A DNA stretch of 64,000 nt, from assembly GCA_958009085.1 (NCBI GenBank), contig OY253687.1, positions 682,001 through 746,000 of the forward strand, read 5' to 3'. Below, in pieces: positions 51,203 through 63,700 of this stretch; positions within the stretch are counted from its first letter, which is position 1, and the number at the start of each line of letters is the position of its first letter. The position numbers and the translations under genes were made by a program. The stretch comes from Protoeuglena noctilucae. Its lineage: Eukaryota. The notes beneath the pieces are model-generated. The model was not told the origin of the DNA and searched no databases. It saw only the letters and a program-made list of their open reading frames with translations.

Positions 51203-51726
51203 CGGGCGCCGGTGACAACTCGGCGACTTGCGGAACTTTTAGCCATTTCCTTTCGCACAACTATCAACTTCTTGCCAACACAGCGCGACGATCCACACCC
51301 AAGCGGGCCTCAGTTTGCAAAAGCAAATCGGTTGGCTTAGGAAGCGCACAACAGGCTGGCAATCGCACGGGTGAGATCATTATGCGCCCACGGACCTCGC
51401 TGCACCCCCTGACCGAGCAGATTCCTTACGGGAGGGGCCGCCCACCGCCGCCACGCGCGGCGTGCAGACCGCGCAGACCGCGCCGTTCCAGGCCCCTCCG
51501 AGGCGGCTAGCGCCAGCCACACAGCAAGAACACCCTTGCAGTCACGGGGAAGCCTGGACGGGCGTGGCCGGCGGCGCGATTCCCGCGCAGCGGGTAGAAA
51601 CAGTGGGGGGTGGCCTGTCTCACAAGCTCTCTCACGCCGAGCCTCCTGCCCCCCCGCGCCGCATCTGCAGGGACGCTATTCCGTGCACGCGTTAACGGGA
51701 GCTGCTCGCGCGGGGCTCGCGGCGGG

Positions 51727-52117
51727 ATGGGACAGTGCTCCGTGAGGCCGATGAGGGAGCCTCTGGAGGGGTCGTCCGACCAGGCGGCCGACAAGGCGCC
51801 CGTCTGCTGCGTTTGCGGCCACTCGGCGCCCTCTTCGCCGTCGGGGATGAGCAAGGAGCAGGTGCGCTCGCTCCGCGGACGATCGGACGTCGTTTGGGGG
51901 GGTGAGGTGTCCCAGGGACCGCGCCGACCGCCCCGAGGCCCCGCGCTGCCCGCAGAGGATGGCATGGACGGATAGTTGCGAGAACTTCGCCCACAAGGCG
52001 TGCCTGCGGTCCAAGGAGTGCAGTGTTCCCAAGCACATGGCCAAGTCCGGGGAGTGTCCCTCTCACGACGACGGGGGGTCGTTTGGGTTCATGCTTTCGC
52101 ATTCGTCGCTCAAGTGA
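51727..52117 (+). CDS. Small Cys/His protein with PHD/RING-like zinc-finger pattern (2 exons)
   Basis: VCCVCG ... SCENFAHKACL ... ECPSH; intron ~51862-51955 in phase 0. Confidence 0.5.
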
Positions 52118-52903
52118 GAGCCGCGTGGACAGGCCCCGCGCGCGGGAAGGGCCAGATGCCGCTGGATAGGGTGCGCTGGGCGCTGTGGTTGACCGAGCCT
52201 GACGTGCCCCCCGCTTGCAGGAGAGCAAGCCCCAACATGCGCGCCAGCTCCAGTGGGACGGTGTCCCTGTCAGAAAGTTTGCATACCAAGATCTAACGAG
52301 AGTTGGAGCGGAGTGTTTTTGTCGCGCAGGGCCAGTGTCCCTCACCCTTTCACACAGCCCATAATAGGAGCTAGCCGCTCTTGCTTTACCCGATGCGCTT
52401 GCCACGTGAGTAGTGGCAGCAATATGCACTTTGGGCTGCCCTCCCAGTCGTGGCTCCCAGTCGAGAGATCCTTTGCTCGTTTCCCGGCAGCGTGCAACAG
52501 CTGCCTTGCCGCCTTGACGGCGTCTTGCTTTTAACCGTATGGCCGTCTCGTTTTCAATACGTGAGTTGGCGACCAGTGCTGGCAGCGACGCTAGGGGGCT
52601 CTGGCGCCCGTGGTGCAAGTTCACAGCCCGATGACCTCGTCAAGGCCAGCCGAGGCGGCCAGTGCTCGCTCCGCTTCAAGTCATTGCCGACCAGACATCC
52701 GGCACTGCTCAGAAGCGCTTCTATATCCAGTGCTGGTGTCGTTGGCTGCAAGGAGGCATTTCTTTGCCGCTGAGACCCTTCCGAGGAGACTTACCTCTTC
52801 CCTGCCTGCTTAGTTCAACCTATCGCCGGGGTGACGACAAAGCGCGTTTAAACGGGCCCACGGGGACTCCTGAGAGCCACACGGGGCGAGCGCAGGGGCC
52901 AAA

Positions 52904-53941
52904 ATGACCAAGAGGTCAGCGGCGGGGGTGGATAACACAGGTGAGGCGCGTCTCGAAGCCGTTGCCAACTATCGAAGGCGCTGATGCCCCCTCACGGAGC
53001 GCGACGCGACGCCGCGGCCGCACCGGTGCGTGACCGCAGCGCGAAGGACCTGGGACGCGAGCGAGTATGCGGACAAGGCGAAGGAGCGAGAGAAGAAGCA
53101 GACGGAGGAGGAGGAGCTGACAGCGAAGGATCTGCGCAAGAAGCGGCGGCTGGAGCGCGATCCTCTGCATCAGGGCCTCATCGTGTCGCGCGCCAACCTC
53201 CAAGGCACGGGCGGCGCCTCATGCTGGCCTCGCCCGCGCGTTCTGCTCCTTTGCTTCATTGGCAACAGCGGCCCTGCCTCTCTTGCCCGCAGCGCGCGAC
53301 TATGAGCTCAACCTTGATGCCAAGATGGGCAAGACGCAGGTCATCGGCGCCAACACGCCGCTGAGCCAGCAGGCGGGGTACTACTGCTCCGTGTGCGACT
53401 GCGCGCTGCGGGATTCGAAGACGTACCTGGACCACATCAACGGCAAATGGCACCAGCGTGCCCTGGGGATGTCCATGCGGTGAGCGCCGCGCTTCTGCGC
53501 GGTTGTGGCGCTCAGTGCTTGTGCATTTTAGCATCTCGCGTCCAATGGCCGCCGCGCTGCGCCGCACAGGGTCGAACGCTCAACGGTGGACCAGGTCAAG
53601 AGCCGTCTGGCCATGCACAAGGAGCGCAAGGCCCAGGCAAAAGACCAGGAGGACTATACGGTGTTGGACGGGTTTGAAGCCAAGGTTGGGACGTGCAGGA
53701 GCAGCCGGAGCGGGGCGTGGCTGCGTGGTTTTGTCATTTCAATGACGGCACGTCCGCTCCGCCCCTTTTCTGTGCGCAGGTGAAGCAGGCAGAGGAGGAG
53801 GAGAGGCGGGCGCGGGAGGACATGAAGAAGCAAAAGGAGGCGGAGAAGAAGGATCGGGAGTTCGCGCCCCAGGGCGTCGCGAGCGAGCTGGGGGCGGATG
53901 AGGAGGTCATTAAGCTCATGGGTTTCGGGTCCTTCGCCTGA
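52904..53941 (+). CDS. ZMAT2: Zinc finger matrin-type protein 2 / Snu23 spliceosomal factor
   Basis: GVDNTARRTWD, GKTQVI, GYYCSVCDC...DS..YLDHINGKWHQRALGMSMRVERST, MGFGSF. Confidence 0.95.
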
Positions 53942-54309
53942 TGCGGCACCTGCCGTTGAGCAGGTCGTGCACGGCACATTGCCGTGGATATATACCCGGT
54001 GCGCTTGAGATGAAACCGATCTCCCTGGCCCTGTGTCGTCAGACTGGCAGTGCGCCTCGCCCTGCGCTTTTCGGCAGCGCTCAGAGCTGCATGTGGGCGT
54101 AAGATGTCGAATAGCACAACTCTGCCTGGGATGTGTGTAGCGTCGAGGTCCCCGGCGCTAGTGCGGACGGCTGAGACGGCGAAGCGTTGTGTCCCGGTCG
54201 GAGCCGCCGCGCTGCACCGCGCGCCCCAACCTCACGCCGTGCGCTTTATTAAGTGTAATTGATTCCGTCGTGATCCCGCGCATCCGTCCCCAGCGCCTGC
54301 CGGCCACGG

Positions 54310-57300
54310 ATGAACCGCGACCGCAGGCCCCCCGAAGGGGCAGGCGAGTTCCCGCCGCTGCGTCGATGCGTCCCCTTGCAGAGCAGCACAAACGTTTGCG
54401 TATCTCTATTACTGCCATGGTAGACCTGCTTTGGCTCCTGCCGTGCCGCTTGTCCCTTCGACAGAGTGTTGCCGAGCTGCTCCATTCCCCGTAGTCACCC
54501 GGCAGGGTGCGCGGCGCCCGGGCGCCAACGACACCCTTCGCGCGGTCCATGCCGTGGCTGACGTCGTCCGCCGGGCCGCCATCGGCGCCCTGAGCTCTGG
54601 ACCCGCCACGCTCGCTGCGTCGCTGCACCCGTCGTCGTCTGCGGACCTCAGCGACGCCTTCTCTCTGTCCGCCCGGAGCACCGACGCCGTCAGCGACTCC
54701 GACAGTGGCTTCAATTCAAATGCGGAGGTCTCTGGCCCCGCGAGTGGGGCGCACCCGTGCGGCACAGGCGGGGACGCGCCAGCAGGGGACGGCTCCCATG
54801 GAGAGGTTGCCAGCTCTGAGGTCGTTGGCCCTGGCAGCCCGGAGAGCCAAGGAGTGGGCGCTGGGAGGGACGCTGAGGATGGGGTCGCAGAGAGCAGGTG
54901 TGAATGTGTATGGGTTGCTGTGGGGGTGACTGCGTTGGGATGCACATGTGCGCGGGTGTGCATGGGGCAGTGTCTGAGTACCGCAGCCATCTCCCTTTGC
55001 TCTCTGCAGTGAGGGTGGCCGTGCAGGAAATGAGGAGCAGACCAACGCAGACGCAGACGTGGCTGCCAATGACGCGACTGCCGGGGCCGCGTCGGCCAGG
55101 GCCAGCGCGTGGGACCGTCACAAGCACGCGGTGCGGATGGGCGCCAGAATGCAGGGCGCCGCCGATGTTATCCAGAAGACCGTCACTGCGCCCGAGAGGT
55201 GAGTCACTGTTCATGCGTAAGAGGGGTGAGATGCGGTCGACACCATGTATCCATACCCCTACATGTACCCATACCCATACCCCCCATCCCCTCACCACCC
55301 CACACACCCCCCGCAGGATCGCGCGTCTGTGGGAAGAGACGTGCCTGGCGGTGGACGGCCAGGGCACCTTCCCATCCGGATCAGGCCCTCTCATGGCCCA
55401 AGTTCGGCGCGCACAGCACCTGTCGGGCATGCTGCCGCCCCAGCGCCACGCGCAGCTAAGGGCGTTAGAGGCAGCCGCTGCCCACCGCCCTTCGGACCGA
55501 ATGGAAGGCGAGCTGAAGGCCATCTCCGCCGTCCTCGCCACCTGCCCGGGACTCAAGGGCCTGAGTCAGCATGGGCTCACGCTCCTGAGTCAGCAGGTGA
55601 GGCTGGGTGCTAGGGGGGAGTACTATTACAGAGGTCGTCAGCCACGGGTTGGGCTATCGACGCGCTTCCCACTTTCCTTACTACTGCCCATACACAACAT
55701 CTCCCACACAGCATCCCCTGGTGTGTTCTCTTCCTACTCAGGTCGTCCTGCGCTCTTTCCGCCCCGGCCAAGTGGTCTTTGCCAGTGACGCACCCATCGA
55801 CACCTTTGCCCTCATCACGTCAGGCGTGTTTTGTGTGGTGAAGGAACCAAGCATCTTAACATACGAGCCACCTCAAGCAGCGGAGGTCTACGCGCCGGGA
55901 TCTATCATTGACGGGGGTGGGGCAGCGGACATGGCGATGGATAAAGTGGCGACGGGAGCGGGCGTGACACAGACGCATGTCAGCAGTGGTGTGACGGGGG
56001 CTGCGGAGTGGCGGGGCGCGGGGCGCGGGGGCCACGCGGCGGCCGACGGGGCCGTCAGTGGTGCTTTTTCGGGTGCTGCCGCTGCCGGGGTTCGAACCTG
56101 GGACGGCAGCGTGGTGGCGCTCGAGGGCGGGTGCGCGCTGGTGGTGGCGCTGGGGGAGGTGGCGCGGTGCATGTGCGCGACGGAGCAAGTGGAGATGGCG
56201 AGGAAGGTGCAGGCGCTGCAGGGGTGTCCCGCGTTCCAGGGATGGGCAACAGGGCGGCTGAACGACCTGGCGAGGGTGGCGGGTGAGGGGCTGGGGCTGG
56301 GTGGCGGTGGCATGTCAATTGTCAACACCTGTGCATAAGCATGCACGAGGGGTTGATTGGTGGGGCAGTGGGAGACCACACCACTGCCGAATGCCCTTCC
56401 TCCCCTTCACACCGCCACACTCACCACCGCCGTCACCCCCACACACCACCCAGTGTCACACCATACCACCAATCACTCACCACCACCCCACACACCACCG
56501 CCCTGTGTCACACAACACCATTCCCCACTCACCACCCACTCACCACCGCCCTCACCCTTCCCTCCCCCGCAGTGCTGCTGGGCAGTGTTTGATTACACCA
56601 CTTATCACAACCCACTCACCCCTCCCCCCTCCCACCCCCGCAGTGCTGCGTCGGGTCCCCGCGGGCGGCGTCCTGCTGACTCAGGGCGAGCCAGCCCAGT
56701 CCATGTTCGTGGTCAGCACGGGAGAGGCGTCCCTGGTGAAGCTGCTGGATCTGAAGCACCCCCCGCACACGCCTGGGTGCGTGGGCGACAAGGGCGCCAA
56801 GTCTTTGTCGATGATGCGGGGGTCGCGGAAGCTCATGGACGCTGCCAAAGAGCAACTGGACACGGGTGAGGGGTTGTAATGGCAATGGTTGATGTGCTTG
56901 TAATGGTGCTGGTTCATATCTGTGTATCGACAGCTCATGGATGCCGCCAAGGAGCAACTGGATATGGGTGAGTGGTGATAATGGTGGTGATGATGGTGGA
57001 TGTGCTTGTAGTGGTGATGGTTGACACACATATTGTGGGATAGCAGTACTACGCACCCCCCATCAACCACCCATCACCATCACCGATCCCCTTCCCTATC
57101 TCCACCCCCCCAGACTGGGCCCAGCTGTCGCGTGCCCTTATGACGTTTACGCTCGCCAAGGAGATTCAATTAATGGAAATTGAGGAGTCCAAGCGCCGTG
57201 CTCTGTTCCATGAGAACGCGTTGCTCGCTGTGTGCCCGGAGCTGAGCGTGTGTTACCAAGACATGCTGGACAATGGGAGGTGGGAGGTGGACCCTGAGAC

Positions 57301-60300
57301 ATTACAGGTGATGAGTGAACGAGTGAGTGATTGTTAATGGTTAATTAAATGAGCGTGTTGTGAAAAGGTGGGAGATTGCCCCAGACACTCTGCAGGTGAA
57401 AGGATGTGGGAGAGAGCCCGCATTAACGCCCAACCACCACCCCTGCCGCCCCCACCTCCTCCCACCGTCTCTCCACACCCACCGCCCCCACCGCCCCCAC
57501 CTCTCCCACCCGTCTCTGCCCGCAGGTCCCCGTCAAACTCGACCCCCACCATCTGCGCCGCCTGGCCAAGCCCCAGCACTCGCAGCACCCCGCACCCGCA
57601 CCGTCGCCACCGCACCTTTCCACACACCACGCCAACCCGGGACGCAAAGTCACCGTGCCTTCTGCGACGCTCACCCAGCACACCGGGCCACCCAGCCAGG
57701 GCACACGCACTGCCGCTGCGTCGCAACCCCGCGCGGGTGCCTCCTCCACGCACCTGACGCAGCCCCTGACGCAGCCTCTGACTCAGCCGGAGCCGTCCCT
57801 GAGTCATGCGAGTCGAGCGTCGGAAACGACGACACCCCACGTGCCGGCGCTCGTCTTGGGGCGGAAGGGTCGGCCCTTCGAGGCCCCCACAGTGGCCAAT
57901 TCCTCGATTGAGAGCCAGGACTCTCTCACCGAATGTCTATCCCAATCAGAGACACTGACTATGGCAGCCAGGTCAGCGCGTGGGGCGAGGTGTGGGGTGG
58001 GGCATAGGGCTGGCTGTGAGGTGGCTGAGGCGGGTGCTGGGCTGTGCGGGGAACTGGGGGTTGTTGCGGAGGCTGGCAACGCGCGTGTTTCCGACACGAG
58101 AGGGTACGAGTCTGCGGGGGAGGGGCAGGGAGGTGGGGAGCGTGGGAGGCGGGGGCAGCGGCGCAGGAGTAGCAGCTATGGGGGAGAAGGGGGGTGCAAG
58201 CGTGGGTGGGGAGGTGGGGTGGGTGTCGCTGCTGTTGCTGGTGCGGGGATCAAGGGTACAGCGAGCGGTGCGGGTGCAGTAATGGGTGTTACTGAGGAGG
58301 GGTGTGTGTCTGGACACCGGTCGGGACGCGTGTGTGGGGCTGCGGGCGGTGGCGGGGCGGTGTGCGGCGCGGCGGGCGGTAGCGCAGCGTCTGGTCACGA
58401 GGGCGTTCCTCCTGGCGCATTTCTGGCACTCATGTCAGGCGGGCGGCGCGTGGGCCCTGAGTCGGTGCGGGCAGCGAGGCGCAGGATCTTCCAGAGCGGT
58501 GATATGGGCTCAGGGCCGGAGTGGGCCAAGGATATGGGCAACGAGAGCTCCTACTCTCTCACTGAGGTAAACGGGGGCGGACTTTGTGAGCCGGGGGCCA
58601 AGACCGACACTCCCGCACGTGACCGCATGAGTGTGAGGGCGTCAACCCACGAGCGCCCACGGGGTATCAATGCCCACCTCCCCGTCACCCATGACAAAGG
58701 GGGAGTGGAGGGTCACAAGGGCAAGGACGAGGCGGGTGGCGTGGGGTTCGGGGATGTGGGTGGCGTGGGGCATTCATCAGGAGGTGGGGTGCGTGGGGTG
58801 AGCCAGGGCAGTGGGGGCAGTCGAGGCATCAGCCAGGGCAGTAGCCAGGGTAGCCAGGGTGGCAGCAGCGTCGGGGAGTGGTCGGGGGGGTCGCAGGGGA
58901 GCTCCCGGGGAGGCGGGGGGGCGTCAGGCGGGCTGGCGGGCGCTGGCGTTTCTGGCAAGCGCCAGACACGGGCCGGTGCGGGGGCGCATGGGTGCGGGAG
59001 GCTGTGCGACGGGGACGGGATGAAAGGGGTTATGGAGGATCTGGCTCTGGCGTTCGGGTCGGTGACGAGGGCGGTGGGGCGGGGCCGGGCGGGGAGCGAC
59101 CGCCGGGTGAGGGGCAATGTGATGTTGCATTGTGTCTGGCGCATGGACTTACTTGCATTGTCATCGCATGGCGCAGTCAGCAGTGCTAGGGCTTGCAATC
59201 CGTCGGGCGCGACTCACCTTGTTCCACAGTCGTTCACAACTCAACCCCTCTCCTCATTTGTATCTCGTCGCAGGCAGGCCCATTGCTGGAGCGTACCTTG
59301 TTTCGACTCGAGACCATCATTCAAGAGGACGAGGGGGGTAGTCAGACAGACTCCGTGAAGGATCAAGACAATGGCGACGCGGGTGACAGGGACCGACCGT
59401 GGCGGCAGGGGATACGGAAGGCGCCAAAGGTGAGGGGCAATGGCGATGGTGGCGATGGTGATGGTGGTGGTGGTGGTAGTAGTGAAAGTGAGAGTAATTT
59501 GGGCAACAGTGGCTGTTGAGGGGTGAGAAAGGGAGTGGTAGTGGTGGTGGTGGTGGTGGGATCGGGCATGAGCTACAGAGTGTGCTAGTGGAGGCGCAAC
59601 TCACCCCCATCACCCTTACCACCACCCACCACCCCTGACACCCACCACCCCAACCACCACCCAACCCCCAACCCCCGCAGAGCCACCGAGAGCCGCCCCC
59701 GCCACGCCGCGCCAGCCCAGGACACTGCCAGCCTCTGCCCACCTCTCCACCCTCCCGCCAGCCCCTCTCTCCGCCCTCGCACCTTCCTCTGATGTCCCGA
59801 GCCGGCCAAGCCCGATCCACAGCCACCCCAGGCACACCCAGCCCAGGGTTATCGACACACGCACGCCAGCCGATCGACTGCCACCAGAGCTCCACGCGGG
59901 GTGGAGAGTGCACGGTCTTATCGGCCTACGCGCGCTCGCGATCCCAGCGGCTCGCGCAGGGCACCGGGGACGCAAACGTGCCGCACGCGACGCCCGATTC
60001 TGACGTCGCGCGTGCTTTGGCCAAATGTGAGACGACGCGGCGTGAGTGCTCCAGCCCCGGGCCCAGTCTGCCGCTGGGCCGGGATCCGGACGCGCTGCCG
60101 CCCGGGCTGCTCCGCACTCGCGATAGCATCTGGGACGCCATCCTGCGTGGGGGCAGGCCACAGGCGCTGCAGGGTCGGTCCAAGCTACGGGGTCACAAGG
60201 AGGGCGCAGAGGGGTCACGTGCCGCTGCCGGGGCATCTCGGGACTGTGGGAGGTCGCCCCACACAGGCAGGGCTGCGTTTGGGTCGGTGCGAGAGGGCTC

Positions 60301-62164
60301 ACAGGGTGCAGCGGATGGGGCGAGGGTGGCACGACGGTCGGTCAGCCCGGGGCGCGAGGGTGCGCGGCGGGTGTCCCGACGCGCGGGAGAGTGCGCGGGA
60401 TCCACGCGGGGCAGGTCGCCTGGCTCAGAGGCTGGGCCTGGGGCGGGCCGGGGTGCAGGAGCAGCGGTGCTGGAGCGGATGGGGGCGGTAGCAGACGAGG
60501 CGAGACTGAAGGCTGCGCAGGAGGAATCGCAGAGGCGCGGGGAGCGAGAGGAGCGCGTGCGGCGGCGGCGGGCGTTGCTGGCGGACGTGTGGGCGCGGGT
60601 GAACGCGAGCGAGAGGCGGCGGGGGGCGCTGGCGGGGCGGGTGCGGGACCAAGCGGATGCCTTCGTGGCGTCGCTCGCCGGGGCCAAGGTCTGGGCGCCC
60701 GAGGAGGGAAGCGAGGAGTGGGATTTCACCTTCTGGGGGATGCAGGGGTGAAGGCGCAGCTGCGCAGATGGTTGTTGTCATCGTGTGTGCACGACGTGCT
60801 GTGCCCGCGCACGGAGACCGCCGATTACGAGCTCGCGCCGCTTGTGCACACAGGCCGAGTCTCATTGACGCGGCGCGCAACAGTCTCCGTCGCCAGGCGT
60901 CGCTCCGCCACCGCAAACGCGAGCAGAGCGAGCGGCGGGGGTCACGGGGCCCCGGCCGCGCCCGCATCGCAGCGGCCAACGTCGTGCGCCTGCCGGACGT
61001 GAGTGACGCGGAAGATGGCGATGTAAGCGAGGCGGCGCAGGGCAGCGGCTCCGGGACGAAGGCGGCTGCACCCAAGAAGGACATGCGCCGTATCCAGACG
61101 GACGTCCCGCGGCCGCGGCAGGGCCGGCTGGTCATGTGGGAGGTAGAATTCGGTGAGCGAGGATGTGCTGGTGCTCTGTTTGCGGCCGACGAAGCGACGG
61201 AAAGGCGCGTTCGCTTGCTGCGCTCTTACGTGCTGCAGCTCGCTTGCCCGGGCCGAAATGAATGCGCTTTGCCAATCATCGCCGCAGACTCCGATGCCGA
61301 TGCCGACGCCGACGCGCCGGGCCGCAGCGCGGTTGCCAGCGACCGCATCCGGCGCCATGCCTCGAGCTCAGGGCCACTGTCGTTCCGTGCCGAGCTCGAC
61401 GTGACCTCCAGCTCTGCGCTCTCTCTCTCCTCCCGCTGCGTCGCCTCGGGCGTCGGCAACTCCCCCGCGGACCTGGCCATCGCCTTGACGAGCAACGTGA
61501 TGCGGCAGGTCACGGCGCGGAGGGGCGCCGACGTGCGGCCCGAGGAGCTGCAGCTGGTGGAGTACGCGCGGCTCAGTCCCAGCGACTCGTTCGGGGAGGT
61601 GCGTGGAGGAGACAGGGGTGGCGGGTTGCAAAGGATTAAACTGGCATGGTCTGCAGAGTGCCGCTGCCGCTGTCCGCCCATCATCTCAGGCCGACCTGTT
61701 GCCACCACGACTGAGAGCTATGAGTGGCTACAATACAAAGACCATGATCACTGCATGCAGTTGGAGTTGTTCGAGGGCAGTTCGCGCACGGGTAGCGCCG
61801 TGGCCATCACGACGATGGAGGTGGTGGAGATACCGAGGCGGGAGCTGCTGCAAAGGGCAGACCCGGCAGAGAGGCTGCGCATCGAGAAACTGGTGAGCGA
61901 GGCTGGCTGGTTTGCGCAGGGCTGTTCCTTGCCTGTGTTATTCGAGCTGCACCCAATGATATGGCTTTCATTGACTCTTCTTTCGATATTGTCCCCTCTC
62001 AGGCCCGTGAGGCTTTCCGGCATGACAACCGGGAGTTGGTCGAGCTGCACCGGGCGCAGTGCGCGTGGGAGCAGTTCCGGGCACGCCTGGTGGCGAACGT
62101 GCTGTGGGACGCGCACCACCACCGCAAAGCACGGAACGGGACGGCGCACACCGACCGCGCGTGA
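54310..62164 (+). CDS. Large cyclic-nucleotide-binding domain protein (CNBD-like), second CNB domain split by a long disordered insert
   Basis: CNB1 (VLRSFRPGQVVF...FALITSG...GSVVALE). CNB2 N-half (VPAGGVLLTQGEPAQSMFVVSTG) and C-half (LSPSDSFGE|...RTGSAVAITTMEVVEI). In-phase splice MQG|PSLID at ~60748-60853. Confidence 0.7.
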
Positions 62165-62457
62165 GACTGCGCGTCGCATGGCACGTATGCCGCACTGCTA
62201 GAGAGCTTTCACAAGGCGTCTTGTCATGTCGCAGCCAGGGCACGCCCGGCGCTCATTGTGAACAATAGCTTTTCTTTTTGAACTGCGCGCGTCCACTTCC
62301 AATGCATGGCGGTTAATACTGACAGTAGCGTGGCAAAGCTTAGTCATTCGCTCTTTGCTTCATCCACCACACCCATTCCCCCGTCGCCCACTCTTCAGTC
62401 CTCGCCCCTCGGATTAGCCCCTATCACTCATCACCCCACCCCCTCGTCTCTCCCACG

Positions 62458-63700
62458 TCACTCATCCATCAAGGCCCACAGCCTGTCAGCCATCTCCGTC
62501 CGGCTCACAGTCGCATCAAAGTCGAAATGCCGAGGGCCCGCCTTGGACATGTCCACCACAAAGCCCCGCACCCTGCGAGCCAGTCGAGGATATTCACAAG
62601 ATACGAGAGTCATTCGCATAAGAAGAGATGACATAATTAGAGCACACATGAGACATGCACACACACACACACACACACTCTTCGTGGCTGTGCACCTCTG
62701 ACAAGCCCCCTCCACTCTCTGCGACCTCCTCACCTGGACGGCCACCCCGACGGGTCCACGTCGATGCTGGAAATGTGTTTCATCAGCGCCAGCTGCCGCT
62801 GCCGGTCTTCCAGCTCCGCCCTGCGAGGGAAGGGACAGGGAGGACCGAGTCAGGCCTCGCTTGTCAGGAGAGCGGAGAGCGGAACGAACTGGGCTAGGTG
62901 AAGCAATATCTTTTGTTTCACCCTCCTGTCGCGGCAGCCACACTACACTGCCAGGTGTGGGGTAACATGTCGGCGACACACACGTCACCCAGAAACAACA
63001 GCAGGTATCACGTGCTGGTGGGTTTTGGAACTCACTTGAAGGCAGCCACGCGGTCCCTCTCTCCCTCCGCCTGCGCCAATCGGTCCCGGATGTGCTGCCG
63101 GTGTCGCTGCTGGCCCTCCACCATGGCGTGACCCTGTGCGATGCGCTGGTGAGACTCGCGCACCTGCGGGGGACACGCAGGGTCAGGCATTTGGGTTTCT
63201 CATATTCTCCGCTACAAAGCCATGAGCAGTGGGTTCATTGTTGGGGCACCGGCGCGAGTCGAGGCCATGTCGTGGTGCTGTGGCATGGGCGGGTGCAGGC
63301 CTGGGCTCCTTGCCTGTTGGGTGAGGCGGCCCATGGCGTCCTCGTGCGACTCAGCCGTCTCGGGGGGCATCATTTCCGACTCGAGGCGAGACACGTCGCG
63401 CGTCATGGACCGGATCAGGTCGCGCACTGCGGAGATAGAAGCGTTTGGAGCTTGCCACTCGCATCCGCAAGCAAAGCCGACTACAGGGACCGCCTTGCGT
63501 TGAGAGGTCATGCGCGTCCAGTCACAGTTCAGTCAACCTATCGCTTACACCAGTGCTGCCGGCGCGGGCGGCCGTTCCGCACCGGACTGCTCCTTGTTGG
63601 CGACCGTCGCCACTACGTCCTCGTAGGCTTGCTGGATGGCCATGACCTTGGTGCTGTCCTCCGGGCCGAACGACCGTATCAGCTCATCCATGATCCCCAG
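62458..63700 (-). CDS. Coiled-coil protein with Spc24-like (Ndc80 kinetochore complex) C-terminus; 5' end unresolved
   Basis: Coiled-coil exons, then QLALMKHISSI...VRGFV...FDFDATVSRTEMADRLWALMDE*. Confidence 0.5.
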
